64,000 bases of DNA from a virus (lineage: Duplodnaviria; Caudoviricetes), in IMG/VR virus record IMGVR_UViG_3300031555_004271, positions 21,818-85,817 of that record; one strand, given 5' to 3'. The position numbers and the translations under genes are program-made. The notes beneath the pieces were generated by a model, which ran no database searches, had not been told where the DNA came from, and saw nothing but the letters and a program-made list of their open reading frames with translations. Of this stretch, positions 29,580-38,522 are shown in pieces; positions within the stretch are counted from its first letter, which is position 1, and every line of letters begins with the position of its first letter.

Positions 29580-31511
29580 TTAAAAACTGATAAAGGTGCT
29601 ATAATACTCTTTGTTATTATATTGCATGAGCTTAATACCTAGACTCTCTAATAGCAAATTACCAACACGAATGTTATCATCAACGATATCTTCATAGTTG
29701 ATAAATGGAATTAGTTCTTTAGGAATCTTAGTAACTGACTTTGGCATACAAATAGCAGTCATACCATAATGAGCTAAGTTTTCATCATTGAAAATTTCAC
29801 TCTGAATTGTCTCAAAGAACTCAGTTCCATAGATAGGTTCCAGATCAGTAATGTCATTGATCTTTAACTTCAATAGATTGACTTTAGCAGGTGTTTGGAT
29901 TGTGTTATTAGGATATAACTTATTCCAAATAATAGAACCTCTAGCACTAGCTACTTGATATGCATTTTTATAAGAATCGAAATCATTACACTTACCAGGA
30001 GTTAAAAATGTAATCTCACCATTCTTTAGAGAATTTCTAATCTCATCTTCAAATGCTTTAAAGATTCCTAAAATCTCAGCTATGTTAATAACTGGATCGT
30101 TTAGAATCTTTTTCTCAATCATATCTGTGAAAACTTTTCTAGTACGATTGTTAACATTTGCCTTCTTAATAGACATACCCTTCATGTCTATTTTTCTTTT
30201 GATATTACCTTCTTGTAATTCTAACTGTCCTGTGTACTGCTTCTTGTTTCGTGTAAGCATTAGTCGGGAGTAGAGGAACTCGCTCTTCATGTTGATAATT
30301 GGCTGCTTAACTTCAGTAACATTACAATTTTCTGTTAAACGATTCAATTCTTTCTGAATGAATTTTGCTAGAAATAGTATAGCTGAGTTAGGAATACTAT
30401 ACATCAACTTATCTGAATCTGGTAGATGTATAGTCTTGTGTACCCATTTCACATACGAGTCTAAAGCGATAAAGTTACTGTCAGTGTCGACTGTCAGTAT
30501 AGTACTTCTTTCCATACTAAATGCTCTTTCAGCTCTATTCCAGTACTGATAGTCATAGACTACAAACTCTTCTAATAAACTCCACAACTTATCTAGATTC
30601 TCTTTAGTTTCATCATTAATCTCATTAGGATCAATAATCTCAAATTGTAGAATATTCTCTAGATATTGCTTTACTTTTTCATTTTCTAAGAATTCATAGA
30701 TGTTGTTCTTGTAATAGACACGATTTACAGACTCTTTATCCAATCCATTAATCAATGTCTTTAAAGCAGATTTCTCTTCTTTAGTTAGTTCAACGTCCAT
30801 TATTTCATACAATTTCTCTAACAAATCTTGCTTTTTCTTTACATTTTCTTTATCTAGAACTTTTAGAATTTTCATCTCACTATTGATGTTTTCTAGACAG
30901 TTATTGATATAAATGCAAAGATCACTGAAATTATCATAATGAACATTATTACTAAGGAAAGACTCGAAAGCTAGAATGGAAGTCGTAATTATGGAGTATC
31001 CCGTGTATGTTACAGAAGCCGGAATAACAGGATTATAGAACTGACTGTTCTTCTCACCAGTAGCACCATAATAGGAGTTATTCAATAGCTTAAATGTCTT
31101 CTGCATCATTTCATAGAATGACTCTTTAGCTACATCACCTTCATTAAGTGCTGCGAACTGAGCTTTCTTAGCAACTTTTCTTTCAGACATCAACCAGCTA
31201 ACAAAGTCAGCATTTAAATTAATTGCCTTTTCATGTTGCTTGAACATAACTCCATAGCCAGTCATAATAGGTTTCTTATTCTCATAGAAATCTAAGACAT
31301 TTAATAATGTATAATCATTCTCTACATTTTCATAGTTGTTTCTAATAGTTAAATTCTTTTCATTTGAGTTAAGTTTCTGATTTTCTTCTATTTGTTTATC
31401 TATTAGTTCTTCTAAAGTTTCTCTAGGAACATCTGGTTTTAGTTTTGTTAGAGTTGCTAACATATCTCGCTTATACTTTTGTACGAAAGTACTGTTCTGA
31501 ATATCAGACAT
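29580..31511 (-). CDS. Family B DNA polymerase, polymerase-domain subunit (split gene typical of phiKZ/AR9 group)
   Basis: KLLNNSYYG, VDTDS and KKQY motifs; no exonuclease domain in this ORF. Confidence 0.88.
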   Translation of the reverse strand: MSDIQNSTFVQKYKRDMLATLTKLKPDVPRETLEELIDKQIEENQKLNSNEKNLTIRNNYENVENDYTLLNVLDFYENKKPIMTGYGVMFKQHEKAINLNADFVSWLMSERKVAKKAQFAALNEGDVAKESFYEMMQKTFKLLNNSYYGATGEKNSQFYNPVIPASVTYTGYSIITTSILAFESFLSNNVHYDNFSDLCIYINNCLENINSEMKILKVLDKENVKKKQDLLEKLYEIMDVELTKEEKSALKTLINGLDKESVNRVYYKNNIYEFLENEKVKQYLENILQFEIIDPNEINDETKENLDKLWSLLEEFVVYDYQYWNRAERAFSMERSTILTVDTDSNFIALDSYVKWVHKTIHLPDSDKLMYSIPNSAILFLAKFIQKELNRLTENCNVTEVKQPIINMKSEFLYSRLMLTRNKKQYTGQLELQEGNIKRKIDMKGMSIKKANVNNRTRKVFTDMIEKKILNDPVINIAEILGIFKAFEDEIRNSLKNGEITFLTPGKCNDFDSYKNAYQVASARGSIIWNKLYPNNTIQTPAKVNLLKLKINDITDLEPIYGTEFFETIQSEIFNDENLAHYGMTAICMPKSVTKIPKELIPFINYEDIVDDNIRVGNLLLESLGIKLMQYNNKEYYSTFISF

Positions 31512-31579
31512 TTATAAAAACCACATCCTTTCTTAGTATGTAATAGATTTTTAAATGGAACTTTTTTGGATTAGGATTT

Positions 31580-31927
31580 TTAATTTAACTTATACTCTTT
31601 TACATATTCTGGAATATCAATCATTCTACTACATAAACCAGGAAATTCACTTAAATAAGCGTTGTCAAATTTTCTTACAGCATAAGAACTATCATTCATA
31701 TCTATAGTAATATATGCTTTATTTTCCATTAATCCCTTGATATAAGGATCTTTATACATAAATACTCTATCAGGTTCATTATCACTACGCCCAAGATTAT
31801 CTAAAATTTTCAGAAGTTTAGGTGAATCTTCGTTAGTTTTGAAGTTTATAACTTTACTTGAATCTTTATTAAATACTCCCATTTCTAAGTCAAACATAAA
31901 CTTTCTTTCAATGTCTCTATTTGTCAT
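31580..31927 (-). CDS. FDL-motif array member 15
   Basis: MTNRDIERKFMFDLEMG...IPEYVKEY. Confidence 0.8.
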   Translation of the reverse strand: MTNRDIERKFMFDLEMGVFNKDSSKVINFKTNEDSPKLLKILDNLGRSDNEPDRVFMYKDPYIKGLMENKAYITIDMNDSSYAVRKFDNAYLSEFPGLCSRMIDIPEYVKEYKLN

Positions 31928-32265
31928 ATTTGATACTCCTTTATATAGTTTGGAATTCTATTCCATCTTACTAATAATAGTTCTTTATTACTTGTAAATC
32001 TTCCAGTACAATCGCCTAAACCAAATACTTTACCTACTGGATCTATCCATACATAAGCTTCACCTTTATACAACCAATTTTTTACTTTATCTATATCTTC
32101 ACGTTCATTAAGTTCTAAATACCTATTATATCCGATATTGTATAAAAGATTGTATAACTTAAAGGCTTTTTTACCTTTTCTGAAGTATATAGTATGAAAA
32201 AATAGATCAAATCTTCCCATATTCAAATCAAATAAGAATCTTCTTTCAATTTCTTCATTAGTCAT
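31924..32265 (-). CDS. FDL-motif array member 14
   Basis: MTNEEIERRFLFDLNMG...IPNYIKEY. Confidence 0.8.
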   Translation of the reverse strand: MTNEEIERRFLFDLNMGRFDLFFHTIYFRKGKKAFKLYNLLYNIGYNRYLELNEREDIDKVKNWLYKGEAYVWIDPVGKVFGLGDCTGRFTSNKELLLVRWNRIPNYIKEYQI

Positions 32266-32603
32266 AATTTACACCCCATATTCAATTTAGTGTATTCCAA
32301 TAGATAATCTGGTATCTCATTAAAGTATTTAAAAGCTGCTTCAGTACGTACACTAATATGACCAGTAGTATATGAGTTATATTCGTTTGAAAACCATATA
32401 TACGAAGTTGAATATTCATTAGGAAAATGCTTTATTGCTTCATCAGAACCATCTCTAAATCCTATATTGGTTAATAGGATAAACAGATTCTTATATTTGA
32501 GTGTGTCTCTAGTTTTGAAGAAAAACATACCAGCATCATCTGTTATAAATCTTCTCATATTCATATCAAACTTGAATTTCTTTTCAATCTGTTCATTAGT
32601 CAT
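32262..32603 (-). CDS. FDL-motif array member 13
   Basis: MTNEQIEKKFKFDMNM...IPDYLLEY. Confidence 0.8.
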   Translation of the reverse strand: MTNEQIEKKFKFDMNMRRFITDDAGMFFFKTRDTLKYKNLFILLTNIGFRDGSDEAIKHFPNEYSTSYIWFSNEYNSYTTGHISVRTEAAFKYFNEIPDYLLEYTKLNMGCKL

Positions 32604-32941
32604 AGTTGATAGTCCTTTATATATTTTGGTATTTGATTTACATTTGGATAATCACATTTATAAGTATATCTTTCAGATTTCATAAATTCCTTTTTTTCAG
32701 GAAATAAATTTACATAGAATGTTCTAGGATTTTTATTCCGTTTCCATTCTTTTAATATACCTTTCTCTAAAAGTCCTTTATAATAGTCTTTATAGCCAAT
32801 ATCTTCTAAACACTTAAGAAATTTATCATAATTAACATTTCCTTGAAAACTTATTCTAATACAATTTCTATTATCTTCTCTTTTGAATCTATCAAAATTT
32901 AAGTCAAATTCTAATCTTTTTCTAATTTCTTCATTAGTCAT
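32600..32941 (-). CDS. FDL-motif array member 12
   Basis: MTNEEIRKRLEFDLNF...IPKYIKDY. Confidence 0.8.
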   Translation of the reverse strand: MTNEEIRKRLEFDLNFDRFKREDNRNCIRISFQGNVNYDKFLKCLEDIGYKDYYKGLLEKGILKEWKRNKNPRTFYVNLFPEKKEFMKSERYTYKCDYPNVNQIPKYIKDYQL

Positions 32942-32947
32942 CTAATT

Positions 32948-33274
32948 TCACTCCTTTATAGATTCCCTTATAAAATCTGGAAATCGATTTTTAGGTGTTG
33001 ATTTACTATCAAAATATGGAGCAGATGGTACGATTCTATAGTTTCTTCTATCTAAATAGACCTTTATAGTATTACTATTTTTATATTGACCACTTACATG
33101 TCTATATCCAATTCTGTCTAAAACCTTTTTTAGTTCGATTAACATACTATATGATTCACGATGATCTAAAACAAAATACACTATTCTATGATTCTCAGTA
33201 CGCTTTACTTTATAAATTCCAAGTTCTAGTTCTAGATCGAATTTGAATCTTCTAACAACATTTTCATCAATCAT
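32948..33274 (-). CDS. FDL-motif array member 11
   Basis: MIDENVVRRFKFDLEL...FPDFIRE. Confidence 0.75.
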   Translation of the reverse strand: MIDENVVRRFKFDLELELGIYKVKRTENHRIVYFVLDHRESYSMLIELKKVLDRIGYRHVSGQYKNSNTIKVYLDRRNYRIVPSAPYFDSKSTPKNRFPDFIRESIKE

Positions 33275-33582
33275 ATTTTATACCTTTTCACATAGTCTGG
33301 TACTTTATTGTAATACCAATCAGGATTTAAATATTCGTTATTTCTTATATTGTACTTTTTATTACGAGTACTTATTGTTACAATTATCATATTTCTTGGA
33401 GATAGGTGATATTCGTTTCTTTCAAAACCTAAATTATCCAGAATACTTATTAGTCTAAATCTAGATTTATCTCTTTTTCTTTCTATAAATCTAATTACTG
33501 TTGGATAATCACCATTTATACATCTAAATACTCCCATATTCAAATCAAATAGGAAACGTTTTTCTATTTCTTCATTTGTCAT
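33271..33582 (-). CDS. FDL-motif array member 10
   Basis: MTNEEIEKRFLFDLNMG...VPDYVKRY. Confidence 0.8.
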   Translation of the reverse strand: MTNEEIEKRFLFDLNMGVFRCINGDYPTVIRFIERKRDKSRFRLISILDNLGFERNEYHLSPRNMIIVTISTRNKKYNIRNNEYLNPDWYYNKVPDYVKRYKI

Positions 33583-33597
33583 AATTCTAATACCTCT

Positions 33598-33879
33598 TTA
33601 ATAAAGCCTAAAGTCCTTTATATATTCTGGTGCTTCATAACTTCTATAAGTCTTATCTTTCATTCCATAAGTGAAAGTTCTATTTACCTTATTTATGAGA
33701 ATGTATTCTATATTTTCATAATCATGAGAATATATTGATGTATAAGAATAACCCCATAATTGTACTATTCTCATTATTCTTCTAGTAATTCTATATGGGG
33801 CATAAAATATTACTGAATCACCACTATATTTGATTTGTAAATCAAAATCAAATCTTTTCATAATTTCTGTATTAGACAT
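33598..33879 (-). CDS. FDL-motif array member 9
   Basis: MSNTEIMKRFDFDLQI...APEYIKDF. Confidence 0.8.
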   Translation of the reverse strand: MSNTEIMKRFDFDLQIKYSGDSVIFYAPYRITRRIMRIVQLWGYSYTSIYSHDYENIEYILINKVNRTFTYGMKDKTYRSYEAPEYIKDFRLY

Positions 33880-33887
33880 AACATCAC

Positions 33888-34214
33888 CTAAAAATTATCA
33901 CGTATTGAATATTCTCTAACATATTCTGGTATAGGATTTGTTACTAAACCAGATACTTTAGTGTATCTGCTATAAATGGAATATGTCTTATTTGATATTA
34001 TAATTCCAATGTATACAAAATGATTCATACTCGTTCTTGAGGCATAATTACTACGACATTCAAAACCTGCATAATTTAACAATTCACATAAAGGATTGCA
34101 TTCAAAAATACTTTTAGTTTCAAACCATATATGAAAATCATCTGAACTTAATTTTTTAAATAATCCCATTTCTAAATCGAAAAAGAATCTTTTTTCTATT
34201 TCTTTATTTGTCAT
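33888..34214 (-). CDS. FDL-motif array member 8
   Basis: MTNKEIEKRFFFDLEMG...IPEYVREY. Confidence 0.8.
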   Translation of the reverse strand: MTNKEIEKRFFFDLEMGLFKKLSSDDFHIWFETKSIFECNPLCELLNYAGFECRSNYASRTSMNHFVYIGIIISNKTYSIYSRYTKVSGLVTNPIPEYVREYSIRDNF

Positions 34215-34219
34215 ATACT

Positions 34220-34556
34220 CTAATCACTATCCTTTGTTAGAATGTACTCTGGAATTGGATTTTCATAATAGTTATATAATCTAGTATAATCATCATAGTA
34301 GCTATAAAGTTTACTAGTTGTATTTATAAGTATACCATCTCTAGCTAAGACTAAAACACTTATATCTTCATAGAAACCTATAACCAATCTGATTTAAAAA
34401 GTTTTTCATCTCTTTCATTTTAGCAAAGTTCTTATTATCAAATGGATAATCTTCCTCTTTAAATACTATAATTTTTCCATATTTAGTTTCGTGACCTTTT
34501 ATTAAACCTAATTCTATATCAAATAAGAATCTTTTTTCTAATTCTGTATTACTCAT
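34220..34556 (-). pseudogene. FDL-motif array member 7, frameshifted (or +1 recoded)
   Basis: Frame 0 stops at TGA (34368); the +1 frame continues F-YEDISVL...NPIPEYILTKDSD* to 34220. Confidence 0.7.
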
Positions 34557-34927
34557 ACATAGAATCCTCCTATAGTGTATTTCTTACAATTATGAGATAT
34601 TACATAATCTTTGATATACTCTGGTAATTCAGAAATCTCTTTACTATGAGGTAAACTACGAATGCTTATATTATCATAACATTGAAAGTATTTTTCTCCA
34701 TTATATATCTTGATAATTCTCTTAGATTTTCCATACTCATAGTATCCATAAACATTCTCATCTAAAAATGAGAATTTCTGTGAATATCCATTGAATGCAA
34801 GTATGGTTTCTATATCTGAAATGTTATCATAAAAGTCATAGAAAACTATAGAACCATCGTCATTGGTTTTAAATACTCCCATATTTAAATCAAATAAAAA
34901 TCTTCTATCTTTTTCTTCTTTAGTCAT
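34553..34927 (-). CDS. FDL-motif array member 6
   Basis: MTKEEKDRRFLFDLNMG...LPEYIKDY. Confidence 0.8.
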   Translation of the reverse strand: MTKEEKDRRFLFDLNMGVFKTNDDGSIVFYDFYDNISDIETILAFNGYSQKFSFLDENVYGYYEYGKSKRIIKIYNGEKYFQCYDNISIRSLPHSKEISELPEYIKDYVISHNCKKYTIGGFYV

Positions 34928-35271
34928 TTACTATCAACTTCTTTCTTACTTATATCGTATCGTTTTATGTAATTCGGTATGGTGTTATAATAATTTTCAT
35001 AACAATGCAATCGATCAACTATATGAAATTCTTTATTTTCAATGGATATATTTATACTGAATCTTTTATTAAAGTTTCTTAAATCTTTCCTAGTGTATTT
35101 ATATCCTTTTACAGTAACTTCCTTAAAACCATTATTTTCCAATAATCTTACTAGTCTTATGATATTTCTATCACATTTAAATGCACACAATTTATCGTAA
35201 TGACCATATGGTTTAAATATACCCATATGAAGATCGAATAAGAATTTTTTCTCTATTTTTTCACTATCCAT
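34924..35271 (-). CDS. FDL-motif array member 5
   Basis: MDSEKIEKKFLFDLHMG...IPNYIKRY. Confidence 0.8.
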   Translation of the reverse strand: MDSEKIEKKFLFDLHMGIFKPYGHYDKLCAFKCDRNIIRLVRLLENNGFKEVTVKGYKYTRKDLRNFNKRFSINISIENKEFHIVDRLHCYENYYNTIPNYIKRYDISKKEVDSK

Positions 35272-35282
35272 TTATAATACTC

Positions 35283-35624
35283 CTAAAGAGGTTTTTTCAT
35301 GTAGTAGTTATTTACATAATCTGGAATTTCATTTACTAATCCTTTTGATATATAGAATGTGTGTATTGTAACATTGTTATTAGAGTAATGGAAAGAGTAT
35401 TTTTTATCTAACCTATCAATTTCCAATATATCCTCATTACCACAGTAGTAATTGTATTCAGATTCTTTATAACCTAACTCTTTTAATATATTTGAGATCT
35501 TAAATAAGGATTCACTAGAACCCTTAAAAATCAAAAATTCCTTACCATATATTTTCTTAGTCTTAAAAATACCTACATCTAAATCAAATTGGAATTTCTT
35601 TTCTATCTGTTTATAGTCTGTCAT
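35283..35624 (-). CDS. FDL-motif array member 4
   Basis: MTDYKQIEKKFQFDLDVG...IPDYVNNY. Confidence 0.8.
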   Translation of the reverse strand: MTDYKQIEKKFQFDLDVGIFKTKKIYGKEFLIFKGSSESLFKISNILKELGYKESEYNYYCGNEDILEIDRLDKKYSFHYSNNNVTIHTFYISKGLVNEIPDYVNNYYMKKPL

Positions 35625-35968
35625 GTTTTATAATCCTTTACATAATCTGGAAGTAAGTATATAGATTTATCCATACGCACATCACTTTCATACTTTGTTG
35701 CAATAAACAATTTCAATTCATTATCTATACCAATTTTAATATATTTATAGTTGGTATATGGATAATCTACAGGTTGTCTAGTATAATAATCAGTATCATG
35801 ACCACAAAGATCTTTATAACCATTCTTTTTTAAAATAGTTATTACTATTAGTACATTCTGTATAGTATCACCAAAAGTTACATCATTACGCAAATCTTTT
35901 TGATATACAGTATTTAAATCAAATATGAATCTTTTCTCTATTCTTTCATTACTTTGTCTATCATACAT
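35621..35968 (-). CDS. FDL-motif array member 3
   Basis: SNERIEKRFIFDLN...LPDYVKDY. Confidence 0.8.
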   Translation of the reverse strand: MYDRQSNERIEKRFIFDLNTVYQKDLRNDVTFGDTIQNVLIVITILKKNGYKDLCGHDTDYYTRQPVDYPYTNYKYIKIGIDNELKLFIATKYESDVRMDKSIYLLPDYVKDYKT

Positions 35969-36288
35969 TTGTAATACTCCTTTTCATCAAATTCGTCAAT
36001 GTAATCTGGTATTTCATTAACAGTGTCATTAAAATGTCTAGCAAATATTCCATATGGTGACATTATAACATAATTTCTAGATTCCTTATAGATAGCAATT
36101 GGACTATCCCAATATATTGGAAAACCACCCTTGTATTCTAATGTGATTAGTACTTTTACAAGTTTTCTATTATCTTTTGCTCTAAAAATATAGTATCCAC
36201 CCTCATTAACATTTGTATTTATAGTAAACTTGAATAAACCCATTTCTAAATCGAATTCGAATCTTTTTAAGATTTCTTCATTAGACAT
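35938..36288 (-). CDS. FDL-motif array member 2
   Basis: MSNEEILKRFEFDLEMG...IPDYIDEF. Confidence 0.8.
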   Translation of the reverse strand: MSNEEILKRFEFDLEMGLFKFTINTNVNEGGYYIFRAKDNRKLVKVLITLEYKGGFPIYWDSPIAIYKESRNYVIMSPYGIFARHFNDTVNEIPDYIDEFDEKEYYKCMIDKVMKE

Positions 36289-36827
36289 TTTAACACATCC
36301 TTTATACAATCAAATACAGTATACTTATACTCACTTACATATTCTGGAATTTCATTAATAGAGTTTTCCTCAAATTTACCAGTTGATCCACATAAATTAA
36401 CCCAAGTATGAAATTTCTTTTCATCCTTATCTATACATAAAAATACTAATGTAATATAGTTTCTATTTTTATTATCTTTAACAAAATACTTATCATGATT
36501 AAGATTTATTTCATTTACAAAGTCTAATTCTTCTAGAATTTTTATTAACTTTAAATATAGCTTTTTATTATATGGAGGAATAGAAAATAGTATTTCTCTT
36601 GTAGGTCTATCTTCAACTTCACTAATATACATATTACCATTTGCATATGTTACAACTGTTCTACTACCATATGCAAAACTACTATTACCAAAAGTAACAG
36701 TATTAGCACTATATGCATAGCTTCCATTATGATGATTATTTAAAATAGATTTTTCTTTAATAGATTCTTTGAATCTACATACTTCTAGATCAAATTGAAA
36801 TCTTTTCAAAATTTCTTGATTAGTCAT
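36267..36827 (-). CDS. FDL-motif array member 1 (with ~60 aa insertion)
   Basis: MTNQEILKRFQFDLEV...IPEYVSEY. Confidence 0.8.
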   Translation of the reverse strand: MTNQEILKRFQFDLEVCRFKESIKEKSILNNHHNGSYAYSANTVTFGNSSFAYGSRTVVTYANGNMYISEVEDRPTREILFSIPPYNKKLYLKLIKILEELDFVNEINLNHDKYFVKDNKNRNYITLVFLCIDKDEKKFHTWVNLCGSTGKFEENSINEIPEYVSEYKYTVFDCIKDVLKCLMKKS

Positions 36828-36924
36828 TTAGTTCTCACCTCTTTTATAAAACTTTCTATCTTAAAACAATTATATATATTTGATAAACAAATTAACTCTA
36901 CAGAAAGTAGGTGACTTATAAACT

Positions 36925-37362
36925 ATGGCAAGAAAATGGATTTATTTAGATGAAGAAGTTAATACAAATGAAATAAAGGATCAAACTGGTGTTGATGCTA
37001 AACGTAAAGAACTTACTGATCGTAAGGAAGAATTAAGAAAAGAAAGAGCAACACTAGCTGGTCAGGTTAAAAACAATCTAGTTAATACAAAAAATAACTT
37101 TAATGATGAGAGAAAATTAAGACAACATGAAAAGAATCTTAATGCTAAAAATAATAACCCTCAAGTTCAGCAGGGTATAAATACTGGTACTGCTTCATCC
37201 TCTTTATTAGATGAAGAAAAGGAAGATGCTTCCATTAAGGATAATACTTCTAAGGACGATTTCACTAAAGAAATGAAGAAAAATCCTGAAGAAAGTATTA
37301 AAAATGAGAAGCAACCTTTACAGGAATTTGTAGAACTTTTCAAATCTTTTAAGACTCTATAA
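36925..37362 (+). CDS. Hypothetical charged protein, late
   Basis: AACA-N6-TA at 36865-36876. Confidence 0.55.
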   Translation: MARKWIYLDEEVNTNEIKDQTGVDAKRKELTDRKEELRKERATLAGQVKNNLVNTKNNFNDERKLRQHEKNLNAKNNNPQVQQGINTGTASSSLLDEEKEDASIKDNTSKDDFTKEMKKNPEESIKNEKQPLQEFVELFKSFKTL

Positions 37363-37486
37363 TTTTTCTGTGTTCCTAGTGTTGTTTTTTACTTATTAAA
37401 TCGAAAGATTTAAACAATCTAATAAAGCTTTATATGAGACTTTTATTTTTCACATAAATCAAATTAAGAAAGAAAGGTGTTAAAAT

Positions 37487-37978
37487 ATGTTACTTGATGA
37501 TTACAAGAATGTAAATAAAAAGCTAACTTCTGAGGAAGTTGAAAAAGAGCTAATTATGCAGGAAGACTTCGATGCTATCGTTGAATGGATTCAGGAGAGT
37601 GGCTATCTAGCTAACTCTGATGAGTATTCTGTTTATGATGAAGCTGTTAGTATTCGTACTAAGAAGCTAACTGGTAAGGAAGTTATGAGTAAGGAGCAGT
37701 ATGAGTCTCTAGTTCGTTCTAAGGCTGCTCTAGCTGCCGCTAAGTCTGCTGGTAGTGCTGACTACGCTAAGCTAGTTAAGGTTTCTCGTCTACGTAAGAA
37801 GCTAATTGCTAAGATCAACAAGCAGTATGCTTCTACCGCTAGAAAGACTGCTAAGGCTGCTGTTAAGGCTGCTAAGAAGACTTCTAATACTGTCGTTAAG
37901 ACTGCAAAGGAAGGCAAGGGCGGTACTAATGGTACTCCTAATAAACCAAAGGTTGTTAAGGAAAGCGATAAGAAGTAA
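37487..37978 (+). CDS. Abundant head core-like protein: acidic N-region, Lys/Ala-rich basic C-region
   Basis: Strong codon bias (AAG, GCT, CGT); late promoter at 37413-37424; function inferred. Confidence 0.5.
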   Translation: MLLDDYKNVNKKLTSEEVEKELIMQEDFDAIVEWIQESGYLANSDEYSVYDEAVSIRTKKLTGKEVMSKEQYESLVRSKAALAAAKSAGSADYAKLVKVSRLRKKLIAKINKQYASTARKTAKAAVKAAKKTSNTVVKTAKEGKGGTNGTPNKPKVVKESDKK

Positions 37979-38156
37979 TTCTTTTAGTTTTCAATAACTT
38001 TACTTTAACTAAAAAATAAAATAAAAAACACAATCATACTAACTGGGTTTATTACCAGTTAGTATGATTTTTTACTTTAGTTTCATTTATATATACTAAT
38101 AACGATAATAGTTTAACTATATCAATCTATTAGTAAGATAAGGAGAATCTAGTTAA

Positions 38157-38522
38157 ATGAAAATAGCAATGGTTTCGCAACCAATGACAGGAAAATCAGA
38201 AGAAGAAGTTAAACGAGTTAGAAAAGATGCTATCAAAAAACTATGTGAATTAGGATATGAAGTAGTTGCAACTACTTATGTAAATGAGGAAGAACATAAG
38301 AAATATCTAAAAAGTAAAACTATAATTCAACATCCTATTTTCTATTTATCCAAAACATTAGAACAAATGTCTTTTTGTAATGCAGTATATTTTTGTAAAG
38401 GTTGGAGTAATTCTAAGGGTTGTATGATTGAACATTATGTAGCATCTATTTATGGATTAACTATGATTTATGAGGATGATAAAGAAAGGATTGATTTCAT
38501 AAATGGCAAAGAAAACTATTAA
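38157..38522 (+). CDS. DUF4406 / nucleoside 2-deoxyribosyltransferase-like protein
   Basis: MVSQPMTGKS..EV..VR, CNAVYFCKGWSNSKGCMIEH. Confidence 0.7.
   Translation: MKIAMVSQPMTGKSEEEVKRVRKDAIKKLCELGYEVVATTYVNEEEHKKYLKSKTIIQHPIFYLSKTLEQMSFCNAVYFCKGWSNSKGCMIEHYVASIYGLTMIYEDDKERIDFINGKENY

Larger units (their letters stand above)
31580..36827 (-). repeat. Tandem array of 15 paralogous small genes (mostly ~280-375 nt each)
   Basis: Each starts M(T/S)NxEIxKRFxFDLxMG and ends (N)xIPxY(I/V)KxY; many have ATGA/TAATG-type overlapping junctions. Confidence 0.92.

Noticed and set aside
31580-36827. Array as a CRISPR array, integron or DGR target set
   Set aside because: Repeats are degenerate and protein-coding with ~340 bp period; no attC-like palindromes, integrase, cas or reverse transcriptase in the window; variation is not adenine-restricted
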